Source of the DNA: Macrostomum lignano
Taxonomy: Eukaryota
Assembly: GCA_002269645.1 (NCBI GenBank)
Contig: NIVC01003240.1
Span: 1-64,000 of the forward strand
Direction: 5' to 3'
DNA length: 64,000 nucleotides
Positions 1 to 13,956 of the stretch are shown one piece after another. The position numbers were made by a program, and so were the translations under genes. The notes under the pieces are model-generated. The model was not told the DNA's origin. It saw only the letters and a program-made list of their open reading frames with translations, and made no database searches. Every line of letters starts with the position of its first letter. Positions within the stretch are counted from its first letter, which is position 1.

Positions 1-185
1 CAACACGCCGGAGTTCCTGCCGGACCTGCTGCTGCTCTGTCTGGCGCCAAGCGCGCCGCAGTGCCAAACCGTGCGCCACTGACGACCCGGATGTGGCAGT
101 GGCTGGTGCCGCTTTCCGCGCGAACACCGTCTCAGACGGTGCTGACGCTTTCTTCAAGTTCGGCGACAGACCCTCGATCAGTCAG
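1..185 (+). CDS. Possible internal coding exon (partial, unknown product)
   Basis: GC-rich. Frames 1 and 3 are open up to a consensus donor CAG|GTGAG at 185/186. Frame 3 reads ...RRSSCRTCCCSVWRQ...ADAFFKFGDRPSISQ. No domain recognised and frame unresolved. Confidence 0.35.
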
Positions 186-3029
186 GTGAGAGGATCCGCT
201 CTGTCTGTCTCGCTTACCTTTGGCGTCTCCCATGGATACCAAAAGCAGGGTTAATGGAAGTTTGCTTTCTACGAGCTATCGCCCATCGTCCCAACCATTT
301 TTTCCTTCGTTTTCTGAAGCACAAAGAAAGCTTGCTTCATAAATTCAGCATTTTTTCTGTTTCCCATCTTGTTCGCCTCTCTAACTTTCTGGTAGCAGAG
401 AAGAGGGTAACGGGACAGAGGGAGTGCGACACAGTGAAAGTGAGATTTAGGGGTCGAGAAGAGTCAGGAGGAGATGACACACACACACACACACGGGCGC
501 GCACAAGCAGTGAGAGCCCGCGTTGAAATGGCGGGTTGTAAAAGGCGCGGGACGCTGCCAGCTGTCACTGGCAGCCCCCCCCCCAGTTCCGTTTGAACGG
601 AGGCTCCCGTTGTCAGGCCCGCCCCCCCTCTCTCGCTGTCCCTGCTGGGACTTGCATTGGCAATATTAGTAAAAGAGGGACCAGTCGGACAAGCAAGGAG
701 AGCTCGGTTCGCGAGAGAGGAGCAAAGTTTTATGACTCCTAAATCAGGTAGGCCAGCAGCTCGAATCTGCAGCAGCTGGTTCCATTTGGCTCCTGCTATC
801 CCCCTGCCCTTGCATCGTTTTGTGTCTGATTTCTCTTCCCCGTCAAAGACTTGTGTGTGTGTGTGTGTGTGTGGTGTGTTCCCAAGATTTCCCGTTGCTT
901 ACAAGTCCCTCCAGCTTGTTGTGTACCTGTGCTGCTTTCCGGATTCAAAGACTTGGAAAACCAAATTGAAAAGCGGTTCATTCGCACACAGCCAGTTTTG
1001 CACGGACCTCTGAAGTGTAAATATCGGGCAGGCTTGTTTCCAAGGCCCCGCTTGGGTGCCCAGAATCAAATCAAACAGTTCGTTGGTATAGTTTTATCTT
1101 CCAACCACCCCTTAGTGTAAATCTATGTTTTTGCGTCAGGAGCAGCGTCACGATCTGCACACAGACAGACAGACTTCCCGGTCCCCACTTGACGTTTGCC
1201 AAGGTGGGGGATATAAGCATCAAGTGGGAAGGTTGGGTGGAGGCCGCGCGATCTGACGAACCAATTTAAGATAAGTTTTTCTTTAGGCCCCTATCCAGCT
1301 GCAGCATACGTTATTTTTTACAACGTATTTTTTCTGCTATCTAAACGCTAAGAGCTTCACAGCATTGCTACCCTGAGCGAAAGTGTGACCCCCCAAACCT
1401 CTCTCTCTCTCTCACATAGTCGTGCTGGAGGAGGTCCTGAATGGCCAATACTCAAAAGCGGTTTAGAACAACTGTTTCAGAACCAAGTGGGTCCTTCTCG
1501 GCTTGAAGACACGCTGAGTTCTCGATATGAGGACAGCTGGAATGGATTTGAAATATACGCTCGGCCACTTGAGTCTAGTGAGCACTGTCATAACTGGCAT
1601 GAGGGGCGGGGAAGGCCAGTGCTTAGACTAACTGCCACTGCCACTATGCTCGCTGGGCCAAGTCAAGAAGCATGAGATGACAGGAAGGAAGGAAGAAAGC
1701 ATTGCATTGCTATTGTAAAGCAGACTCTAGCCAACACCCTCACCAGCTAGTGTAGTATAGGAAGTCGTTAATCAGCAGAGGTAAATAACTAACCGAGGGG
1801 AAGTGAAAGTCGCTTGAGCATAAATCAAAATTCGAGTGCGTCAGGCAGAGAGCCAAGCTATTTGCGATTCGAACCAGCTGGACACCGAGGACTACGAAGG
1901 AAAATGAAATGTTGAGCACAAGGCTAGAAGACAACACATACTGCTGGCCTCCCAACAACCAACCCATGGGATTTCTATTCACAAATCCGCGTCTTCGCTT
2001 TCATCCTTGTGTGTGTGTGTGTGTGTTGATGAGCTTGCTGACGCTTGGGGGTCACGCAAAGCCTCACACGGGACAGACAGACAGACAGCCAGCCTCTTGT
2101 CTTTTGTTCCATTACCGTTTATTTCGGTGCCCCATCATCGGCAGAGACCCGTTTGTTAGCTAACTGAGCTGTACCGGCGGTATTGGCTGAGTTGCCAATT
2201 AATTATTCATGATAATTTGTCAGTCCCACTGGAAACTTTGCATCTCAGAGAAAGAGTAGCGGCTGGATGGAGAGAGGAGCTTGAGAGACTCTCTCTCTCC
2301 TTGTCCCCACCCCCCTAGCCCGGTGCGAACTCCTTCCTTCTTGGCTGACTCGGCATGAGCTGAAATTGCTCAAGGGCGGTGCCAGGCAATGCGAATGCTT
2401 TTAGAAGAGAGAGAGGGGGGCTAGTCCGGAGATAAGGGGCCAATTTTCCCCGGGAGAAATTGGCCAAGCCATCTGCGCCTCTGAAACTACTCCGAAAATA
2501 AGTAGGTGGGGGGGGGGCTGAGGGCGCATCATATCCTGCTTACATCTTGCGGCACTCCATCATTTGAAGCTGTGGAAGTTGAGCTGCAGTCTACTCGAGT
2601 GAGGAGGGTAGCTATCTCCCCCCCCCCTATATAGTCTCCAGGCAAGTCAGTTGGCGAGTCAGCTGACCAGTTATCAATATTCCGGTTTCCTGAAGGCCCC
2701 ACCCCCTTGTCTCCTTGCGTCTAGCGGAGCCCGCGGGCAGTACAGCTCGAGGTCAGCAAGTCTTCAAGTTTGCGGTTATCATAGTTACTTGCTTGGGGCT
2801 TTGGGTAACTTTCGAAAATCACTGGCGACAGTTGAAACGCAACCAACGAGGAGGCAGACAGGCCGTTCCTCTCACACAGGGTGTTCAAGACTTTCTCATT
2901 GTTAGTAATAATAAATTAATAATAAATAATACTTGATTACACTTGCCCAAATTGGGCCAGATGTGCAACCGACAGCTCAGCCGCAGCTATTGCGCGGCTG
3001 TACAGTCCAAGGACTGGGGGGTCGCCACA

Positions 3030-3200
3030 CAGCCTCAATTACCCCAGCTAATGCTGGCACCCATTTTACAGCTGGGTGAACTGAAGCAATGCAGAGTTAA
3101 GTGTCTTTGCTCAAGGACACAAATTGTTCCGAATAAGGTCGGGAATCGAACCCCCGACCTTTAAGCCGTGAGTCGGACGCTCTGACCACTAGGCTACAAC
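3030..3200 (-). mobile_element. tRNA-derived SINE with CORE-like central domain
   Basis: Minus strand reads GTAGCCTAGTGGTCAGAGCG (A box) ... GGTTCGATTCC (B box), then TGTGTCCTTGAGCAAAGACACTTAAC...CAGCTGTAAAATGGG, resembling the CORE/MIR-type SINE core. Confidence 0.75.
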
Positions 3201-3778
3201 ACTCATTGTACACTCTCTGCGCTTTGGTGGCTTTACTGTTCCCAAAAGCATCACCAAGTTCCAGAAGCTTCAAACCTCCGGCCTTCCTCCTGCCATTATT
3301 GAACAAACAAGAACTGGAATCTGTGTCTCATCTTTCAGCCATTGGACATTATTCCGCATCAAATTTCTCCAAACTGCTTGGAGATAAGAAATTGAGCTGC
3401 TCATCATTGGAATCCCGATACTGCTCCCGAGAGGATAAATATCCTACAGGCGATTAGAAATGGGAAACATTAAATATATTCTAACATGCCGGGCCCATCG
3501 GCAGGTGAAGATGATGAGGCCTGATAGGGAGAGAGAAAGTTCCTCCTCTCTCCAGCCTCTCAGCCTCTTCTCCCTGATGAAGCTTCTCATATTGTTGGAC
3601 AAAAAAGCCTGACTGCTATGCCCACCCCCTCCTGCGAGGCAACGGAGCCACCCTTAACAGCTGAATTATTAATCAGCTCCCCTCTCCCCGTCTGCCCCCC
3701 CGTCGCTCTCACATTGTGTCGGGCGGCGCAGGCGCGAGTGAACTGGGGTAAAAAGCGATGACGCCGAAGCCCCTCTGC

Positions 3779-3779
<1 letters not shown>

Positions 3780-3866
<87 letters not shown>
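3780..3866. repeat. (CT)n microsatellite
   Basis: Directly visible. Confidence 0.95.
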
Positions 3867-3868
<2 letters not shown>

Positions 3869-4313
3869 GTTGCTGCGCCACCCACCACGGCGGACAAAAC
3901 TTCAGGTGGGGGCCCAACAGGCCAGAGCGGCTCCTGTGGCTAGTTAGCTATTTAGCAATTGTTTCCATCTCTGGAAGCAGAAATGCATTCACCGGCATTA
4001 ATTGGAGAGAGAGAGAGAGGAGGAGTCTGTTGCAGTTACCATTTATTTCCCCTCGAGCTAAAAACGGTGGGATCTGAAAAATGGATGCTAAGTAATGAAG
4101 AGGCGGATCTGCTCCTACTAATACAATGATAGAATGCACTTTATTGCACATTACTAGTAAATACATGACGATCTTAACCTTAATTTCTTGTAAAAAGCGG
4201 AGTCTTGCTTCATTCACTTCTTACTGTTCCAGCCTCTGCGGCAGCCGCTGTACCAAACTGCACGAGGAACTGTGTACGACTGTGCATCTGGTGAGCTTCG
4301 GGTACTGTTGCTG

Positions 4314-4804
<491 letters not shown>

Positions 4805-5270
4805 GCTGTACTGATTATAAAATAATTGTCAGTTAGAGAATTACTTACGCACGGCTGATTATCAAGCCAACTGGGCGCACGGAGTGGCTCACAGCAGGTC
4901 TCCTTCCTTTTGAGCTGAATGCCTGGCTGGCTCCAGACAGAGAGAAAGGAGCAGCGGTGCTGTAGCGGCCATCGTCAGGCTCAAGAGCGCCTTACCCCGT
5001 GCCGATGAATCAGTGCTAGAAAACGCAAATTGCCAACGCTTCAGTAGGCATTGGGAGGTTCGGGCACTGAGCATTGAATGCTATGGAAAGCAGCTTCCAA
5101 GGCCTGAGCAAGCAGCGTGGATATTAAATAGAACAGGGAGCTGTATAAGCCCTCACTTTGAGTCAAATAAACTTTTCGACTGGTTGGGTCATCAGATTAA
5201 GCTCAGGGTAGGCTAAATCACTACTGAATATTAGTTTGTGTAAGTTCCTACATAATTGTAGATTGAGAAC

Positions 5271-5391
5271 GACTGTGTCTCTGAGCAGGTCTCATTGCAT
5301 CTCTGAGCAGGACTCATTGTGTCTCTGAGCAGGACTCATTGTGTCTCTGAGCAGGTCTCATTGTGTCTCTGAGCAGGACTCATTGTGTCTC
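5271..5391. repeat. 22-bp minisatellite, about 5 copies
   Basis: Unit CTCTGAGCAGG(A/T)CTCATTGTGT. Confidence 0.9.
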
Positions 5392-6127
5392 AAAATCTGA
5401 TCAACTTTCTTCGACCAATTTTAATGAGAGCCTCAGCCAAAACACTTAGAAGCCATTTTGTTCTCTTGGATATCCAACATCGGCCGCTGTAAGCTGAGCC
5501 TCCTAATTTAATCCGCCTGTTTCTTCCCCTCTCGTCATTTCTCTGCAGCTCCTTTTCCTTGCAGTCTGTTTGCTGAAACAACACGAGGCCCAGCGAGAAG
5601 GCAAAGAGTGGGTAAGGGGGTTAGCACAGGAACTGAAGCTAAAAAAATATTCGTTCCGAAAGCTGGCAACAAGGGACTCAAAACACAAGGACTCAAGGGC
5701 TGAGAAGAATCGCAGGGCTCTCTAACTCTTCCGTCTGGTCAGTCTCCTTCATCATTCTGCTAAACTTGAGCAGTTCTCAAAGAAACTCAGAATGTTTACC
5801 AGTCACTGACTGGTTTGCTGACTTGAATAATAAAACATTAGCGGAAACTGGCATTTAATTACAGGAATATAGGATGGAGAGCTAGATGCGGCTGCATTTT
5901 TGTATGCAATTGCACAGTGACTACCGCTTTGACTATATTTTGAGTATTTACTTGTTACGAGCGTACTATCCGTCTTTAACTGTCTTGTATCTGTTTTTCG
6001 TTGTCTTATTATATTTTCTGTGCATTTATTCTCTGTGTTTGTTCTCTGTTTTTTATTGTGTTTGTCCCATGTCTCTGTCTTTTTGTCCACTGTTTCAGTC
6101 TGTTTGTCTTCTGTTTGTTAGCTTTAT

Positions 6128-6420
<293 letters not shown>

Positions 6421-7218
6421 TTTGTCTGCGTTTTCCATTGTTTCTGTCTGCTTCTGTCCTCTGTCTCTGTCTGTGTTTTTCCTCTGTTTGTGTCTGTTTC
6501 TGTAATCTGTCTGTTTCTGTGTTAGTCCCCTGTCTGTGTCTGTGTTTGTCCTTTGTCTGTGTCAGCTGAACAGCTGTACAAATAAAGAACAGCTTATCCC
6601 ATCGTTAAACAGAGCTAACCAGTTGGATGAGATGGGTCCAGTCCTTCTGACTCTATTTTTGAGATTTCTCAGCCGTTTAGGATTTGGCTTGAGGATTAGT
6701 TGCCTCAAGATCTCTGACCCGACTTCTTCGACTAATTTCTCTCAGCATCTCTGACTCCATCTATCCATCCATCTTTCCTGTGTCTCCAATTTCTTGCGGA
6801 GCGGAGGGATCGGGGGGGGGGGTTGCTATTAAGAAGCTAACTTTCATTTTAGACCCCTCAGCTGCTCTCTCATCCTCCCGGTCTCATGTGGAGAATTCGG
6901 GAAGAAATTGTAGCAGCAGCTTCAGCGTAGAAATTCCTTCGTAGGGAGTTTTACAACTTTTGTGCAACAGCAACACCGAATAAAATTATCAAGCCTTTTA
7001 GCCTGAGCCTTGACTGAAAAGAGATAGGCGGTGAATGTAGCAATGGATGGTGTGGCTATGGACTGACCTGGTTTCACACTGTACAGAAACTGCTACACTA
7101 CTGATTCCCACCTGTTAGCTGTCTCCTACTTATATCCCAGACTCATAAAGAGCCTGGGATATAAGTACAAGTTGCTACAAGTTTGAAACAGAATGCTATG
7201 GTATTTCTGAGTAACTTG

Positions 7219-7703
7219 GAGAATAGAATAGAACAGAATAGAATAGAATAGAATAGAATAGAATAGAATAGAATAGAATAGAATAGAATAGAATGGAATA
7301 GAATAGAATAGAATAGAATAGAATAGAATAGAATAGAATAGAATAGAATAGAATAGAATAGAATAGAATAGAATGGAATAGAATAGAATAGAATAGAATG
7401 GAATAGAATAGAATAGAATAGAATAGAATAGAATAGAATAGAATAGAATAGAATAGAATAGAATAGAATAGAATAGAATGGAATAGAATAGAATAGAATA
7501 GAATAGAATATAATAGAATAGAATAGAATAGAATAGAATAGAATAGAATAGAATAGAATAGAATAGAATAGAATAGAATAGAATAGAATAGAATAGAATA
7601 GAATAGAATAGAATAGAATAGAATAGAATAGAATAGAATAGAATAGAATAGAATAGAATAGAATAGAATAGAATAGAATAGAATAGAATAGAATAGAATA
7701 GAA
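7219..7703. repeat. (GAATA)n pentanucleotide microsatellite
   Basis: Directly visible. Confidence 0.95.
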
Positions 7704-8253
7704 TTGGCCCGTGGGGGGTACTCAAATACTTTCGACAGTCAGGCAGAATCAGTCAGGAACTTGCAAAGAAGCAAAGCAAATGGAATCCAGTCTTGGGAGT
7801 ACAGAAAACTGCTCCCAGCGTGCAAGCGAATGGAGGGATATCTTGTTACGCCCATATCCCCCCAAGGCCCCAAGCCTGCTCTTGGCCGCTTGCGACCACG
7901 GGGGGGGGGACTCCTGAGCCATGCCTCACTGAGTGTAACTTTATATCTTTTCCCCGGCACTGATCTCAAATCGCAGTCGCAATCTGCCAACGGGGCCATT
8001 CATTCAAAATTAGGAGACGGAAAGACAAAGCTTCGAAGCTTGGTAGACTCTTGTTGTCACAACTTGAGTCCTTTGAGTTCTCGAATTCGTTCCTTATTTA
8101 CTATGTGCATATGCAGCAGTGGGTCACGGAGACTCAAGCTAAGATAGCTGTGTAGGAAGCAGAGCTTTGACTTGGCCTTTTCAACCTCCACAGCAGCTCT
8201 TTTCAATCTCAAAGAATAGAAGACGGATAGAATCAGATTTAAGCTATGACAGT

Positions 8254-9767
8254 TTCTAAGATTCCGTAGCTCTAAGATTCCGTAGCTCTAGGATTCCGTA
8301 GCTCTAGGATTCCGTAGCTCTAGGATTCCGTAGCTCTAGTATTCCGTAGCTCTAGAATTACGTAGCTCTAGAATTACATAGCTCTAGGATTCCGTAGCTC
8401 TAGAATTACGTAGCTCTAGGATTCCGTAGCTCTAGGATTCCGTAGCTCTAAGATTCCGTAGCTCTAGAATTACATAGCTCTAGGATTCCGTAGCTCTAGA
8501 ATTACGTAGCTTTAGTATTCCGTAGCTCTAGGATTCCGTAGCTCTAGAATTACGTAGCTCTAGGATTCCGTAGCTCTAGAATTACGTAGCTCTAGGATTC
8601 CGTAGCTCTAAGATTCCGTAGCTCTAGAATTCCGTAGCTCTAGTATTCCGTAGCTCTAGGATTCCGTAGCTCTAGAATTACGTAGCTCTAGGATTCCGTA
8701 GCTCTAGAATTACGCAGCTCTAGGATTCCGTAGCTCTAGAATTACGTAGCTCTAGGATTCCGTAGCTCTAAGATTCCGTAGCTCTAGGATTCCGTAGCTC
8801 TAGAATTACGCAGCTCTAGGATTCCGTAGCTCTAGAATTACGCAGCTCTAGGATTCCGTAGCTCTAGGATTCCGTAGCTCTAGGATTCCGTAGCTCTAGA
8901 ATTACGTAGCTCTAGAATTACGTAGCTCTAGGATTCCGTAGCTCTAGAATTACGTAGCTCTAGAATTACGCAGCTCTAGGATTCCGTAGCTCTAGGATTC
9001 CGTAGCTCTAAGATTCCGTAGCTCTAGAATTACGTAGCTCTAGGATTCCGTAGCTCTAGAATTACATAGCTCTAGGATTCCGTAGCTCTAGAATTACATA
9101 GCTCTAGGATTCCGTAGCTTTAGGATTCCGTAGCTCTAGGATTCCGTAGCTCTAGAATTACGTAGCTCTAGGATTCCGTAGCTCTAGAATTACATAGCTC
9201 TAGGATTCCGTAGCTCTAGAATTACGTAGCTCTAGGATTCCGTAGCTCTAAGATTCCGTATCTCTAGGATTCCGTAGCTCTAGAATTACGCAGCTCTAGG
9301 ATTCCGTAGCTCTAAGATTCCGTAGCTCTAGAATTACGTAGCTCTAGGATTCCGTAGCTCTAGAATTACATAGCTCTAGGATTCCGTAGCTCTAGAATTA
9401 CATAGCTCTAGGATTCCGTAGCTCTAGGATTCCGTAGCTCTAGGATTCCGTAGCTCTAGGATTCCGTAGCTCTAGGATTCCGTAGCTCTAGGATTCCGTA
9501 GCTCTAGGATTCCGTAGCTCTAGGATTCCGTAGCTCTAGGATTCCGTAGCTCTAGGATTCCGTAGCTCTAGGATTCCGTAGCTCTAGGATTCCGTAGCTC
9601 TAGGATTCCGTAGCTCTAGGATTCCGTAGCTCTAGGATTCCGTAGCTCTAGGATTCCGTAGCTCTAGGATTCCGTAGCTCTAGGATTCCGTAGCTCTAGG
9701 ATTCCGTAGCTCTAGGATTCCGTAGCTCTAGGATTCCGTAGCTCTAGGATTCCGTAGCTCTAGGATT
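8254..9767. repeat. 16-bp minisatellite
   Basis: Unit GCTCTAGGATTCCGTA with variant GCTCTAGAATTAC(G/A)TA; over 90 copies. Confidence 0.95.
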
Positions 9768-9852
9768 CAATAGACCACTCCCTGGGACTCTCTGTCTCTG
9801 AAGAAATCTTACTATTAGTAACTCTTAATCGACCCTCAACTCTCCATTGCAG

Positions 9853-10110
9853 ACTATTTCCCCAATAAGACCTCCGGCCGAGGGGCCTACGACCTTCAGC
9901 ATCAGCAGCAGCCACCGCCACCGTGCGCCTACAGAACCTTCGTTTCTAACAAGCACCTGTACCAGACTCTGCAGCAACAACAGCAGCAACAGCAACAGCA
10001 GCAACAGGTCTCAGGCTTGAACAGGCGTTCACTGCACCACTCCGAATCGGATTTGGTTGCCCTGGGAGACACGCCCAGGAAACCGAAGCAGTCATACGAG
10101 AACATGGAAC

Positions 10111-10145
<35 letters not shown>

Positions 10146-10253
10146 CAGAGAGAGCCGCTGCTGCCAGCCACGAGTCGCAGTCTGCACACTCTGCGGCTGG
10201 GCCAGGAGAATCCCTTGAAGCCCTATCCCTCAGTGCAGGCCAGCTACGTTTGA
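9853..10253 (+). CDS. 3' terminal coding exon of an unidentified gene (Q-rich tail ending ASYV)
   Basis: Acceptor CTCCATTGCAG ends at 9852 (phase 1). Open frame (D)YFPNKTSGRGAYDLQHQQQPPPP...SYENMERQQQ...SVQASYV to TGA at 10251-10253. Codon style matches the other genes in the window. Confidence 0.6.
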
Positions 10254-11034
10254 ACTCGACTGCTTCTAAAAATAGCATCATCTAGCAATGATTCTTTATC
10301 GGAGACAGACAGATCGCAATGATTGGCTAAAAATAACCAGGGTAATCCCTATCTCTAAGGAGTTTTAAAATTAATGAAGAATCCTTAATGTGATTTCCTT
10401 AATTTTCTAAATATAGACAACGTAGATTATTTCTAAAAATATATGGGGATTCCCTTTCACAAAGATGGGTAATGTGTCTGAAAGATAGTCGGGCAGTCTC
10501 AACAAAGGTTAGAGGCCACTATTAAATGAAGTATTTACTAAATTTCTGTTTAATATTTTTACTTCATTATATTTTAATCGAAGTTTCTCGTGTCCGTTAT
10601 TATTAACCTAGATCTCCAAGGTGCTGTTTAAATTAATCTGTTTTTAGTTAATACAAATATGACTTATACAAGCCAAAATAAAGTGAAGTAGTTAATTTAT
10701 TATGAATTTTCTTAATCTTTTAATATTATCTGTAAATTATAGTATACCCTGTTGTTTTCTGTCTTCAAACGATAGAATTGTTAATTTGTTATAACTCTCT
10801 GCTCACTACTGCATCTTTTGCCGTTGTCAAGTTTTTTATCTTTGCTTTATTTGATAAATTTGCTTGTACCACTGTATTCCACTCTGTCGTTCTGAACTTC
10901 TAAATAAATAAATAGTTACATAAAGTCATGTACAGTTTTCAAATGTATTTATTCATGAGAATGTTTTCGATGTAATTTGAATATTTCTAATGCATTTTCT
11001 AACTGTTACACGATTGTGTTGGTTACGATGGACA

Positions 11035-12386
11035 AGGCTACTGCCTGAGAGGGTGGGTATTTCCTCAGAGGCTACTGCCTGAGAGGGTGGGTATTTCCTC
11101 AGAGGCTACTGCCTGAGAGGGTGGGTATTTCCTCAGAGGCTACTGCCTGAGAGGGTGGGTATTTCCTCAGAGGCTACTGCCTGAGAGGGTGGGTATTTCC
11201 TCAGAGGCTACTGCCTGAGAGGGTGGGTATTTCCTCAGAGGCTACTGCCTGAGAGGGTGGGTATTTCCTGAGAGGCTACTGCCTGAGAGGGTGGGTATTT
11301 CCTCAGAGGCTACTGCCTGAGAGGGTGGGTATTTCCTCAGAGGCTACTGCCTGAGAGGGTGGGTATTTCCTCAGAGGCTACTGCCTGAGAGGGTGGGTAT
11401 TTCCTCAGAGGCTACTGCCTGAGAGGGTGGGTATTTCCCCAGAGGCTACTGCCTGAGAGGGTGGGTATTTCCTCAGAGGCTACTGCCTGAGAGGGTGGGT
11501 ATTTCCTCAGAGGCTACTGCCTGAGAGGGTGGGTATTTCCTCAGAGGCTACTGCCTGAGAGGGTGGGTATTTCCCCAGAGGCTACCGCCTAAGAGGGTGG
11601 GTATTTCCCCAGAGGCTACTGCCTGAGAGGGTGGGTATTTCCCCAGAGGCTACTGCCTGAGAGGGTGGGTATTTCCTCAGAGGCTACCGCCTGAGAGGGT
11701 GGGTATTTCCTCAGAGGCTACTGCCTGAGAGGGTGGGTATTTCCTCAGAGGCTACTGCCTGAGAGGGTGGGTATTTCCTCAGAGGCTACTGCCTGAGAGG
11801 GTGGGTATTTCCTCAGAGGCTACTGCCTGAGAGGGTGGGTATTTCCTCAGAGGCTACTGCCTGAGAGGGTGGGTATTTCCCCAGAGGCTACTGCCTGAGA
11901 GGGTGGGTATTTCCTCAGAGGCTACTGCCTGAGAGGGTGGGTATTTCCTCAGAGGCTACCGCCTGAGAGGGTGGGTATTTCCTCAGAGGCTACTGCCTGA
12001 GAGGGTGGGTATTTCCTCAGAGGCTACCGCCTGAGAGGGTGGGTATTTCCCCAGAGGCTACTGCCTGAGAGGGTGGGTATTTCCTCAGAGGCTACTGCCT
12101 GAGAGGGTGGGTATTTCCTCAGAGGCTACTGCCTGAGAGGGTGGGTATTTCCTCAGAGGCTACTGCCTGAGAGGGTGGGTATTTCCCCAGAGGCTACTGC
12201 CTGAGAGGGTGGGTATTTCCTCAGAGGCTACTGCCTGAGAGGGTGGGTATTTCCTCAGAGGCTACTGCCTGAGAGGGTGGGTATTTCCTCAGAGGCTACT
12301 GCCTGAGAGGGTGGGTATTTCCCCAGAGGCTACCGCCTGAGAGGGTGGGTATTTCCCCAGAGGCTACTGCCTGAGAGGGTATTTCG
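11035..12386. repeat. 34-bp minisatellite, about 40 copies
   Basis: Unit GAGGCTACTGCCTGAGAGGGTGGGTATTTCCTCA. Confidence 0.95.
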
Positions 12387-13956
12387 TCAGACTCAAAGCC
12401 GTGAACAGTCTGATGACCTTACTAATACTAACTATCACGAATTTTGCATCCGTATCTCAGTTTGATACATGCACCGCTTAGCAGAGGCTCACACTATAGC
12501 TGAGTCGAAATTGAGTTCTCTAATAGCTCCTTCTATTGCAGTAACGATGTATCGCTTGCAAGCTCAGCATGTTCAGCATACAAGTCGGCTATGCAAGAAT
12601 TTATCCCCAACCCTAAACTAATGAGAGCCTCCCAGGACAGGACCTGGGTTCCTTTCCCCATCTGGTATCATCCCTGATGTTTGCTAATTGAATTTTGAGT
12701 CTCCAGCGGTGGCAAATCGGATCAAAAAAAAATCAAGAGGATCAGGGAGAACCGACTGAGTCTGGATTCTGAAATCTGGGCCGGCCGGAGACGCGCACAG
12801 AGGTGAGATCGATAATTTGCTAAACCCCTCGGATCGGGCAGACCATTGCCACGGAGACTATTTGGGATGCAGAGTTCAGATTTATTCAACAATTCGTGCG
12901 GGAGGGAGCCCTGCCCTCTTGTCCGTCAGCTGGGTCTGCGGAATCTGCTTTAGATGGGCTTTTTTGCATATTAATTATTAATTAGCGTAGAACGGCGGGT
13001 TTTAGGGGAGGGGGGCCTAGACAGGTATCCTGCGAGAAGGGGATGGAGCTGATGCGGGGTCTAGCTAATTCCTGTGTCGGTTTATTGACTGCGGGATGAG
13101 CAACAGGGGGGGGGGGGTGAGGGTAGCGGCTCTGCGGCATACCAAATAGGAACTGACTGACTGGAGATGCAAGGATAGCAGCAGAGGTGTATAGAGAGAG
13201 AGAGACATCAACCGCCCCAAAGTCTGCATGGAATACTAACTGATCCGTTGCATCTGGCAAGTTGTTGCCAAAGCACAACTCAAAATATCCACTAGGATTA
13301 ATTCCAGGTTGAATATACCAAGGATAGATTTAGAATTCCATGCCTCTCTATGGGTACTCAAAAGGGGAAGATCTAACTACCTGTGGGAGATGAGAAGTCA
13401 TCTCTGGACTGCTGGGGACCCGCAGCCAGCAGCAGCGGGGGGACGGACAAATTCTGCTGGTACCCCGCATCCACCAGCAGCAAGTATGTCAGATAAAACC
13501 GGCAGATAATGCAGCCTCATATGCAACAGTGTCAGGTAGGCTGCTGAGCTCTTCCCATCGCGCATAGATACGATGGGATATTTCATTTGAACCCTGTCTC
13601 CCCTGCCTCTTCAAAAAAATTAATTTAACGGTCTCTCTCTCTCTCCTGAGCAGAGAGGTGGCTCAGCGACTCCTCAGTCAACTGCAGGGGGGGGGGCAGC
13701 AGTGTAATTATAAAGCATAAAGCAGGCGGTCCGACCGACCGCAATAAAATAACTCACCAATGCTTGGATACATCCCATTGCCACTGAATCCGAAACAAAA
13801 ACTTGTAAGCTCCAATGGCTAAATTTGCAGATTGGTCTGAGTTTATGCAACATCTTTTAAATCTTAACTTATTGTAAACTTTGTTTGAATGAATCAATTC
13901 TTGTAAACTTGGTGTCTCATTTTAAAAGCCGAATAAATTTTAAAGTAGAATGGGTC

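Noticed and set aside
657-749. Possible exon ending at TCAG|GTAGG
   Set aside because: The phase would fit the 9853 exon, but there is no convincing acceptor or coding signal.
3125-3200. tRNA gene candidate
   Set aside because: No regular anticodon arm or acceptor stem, and it runs directly into a SINE core.
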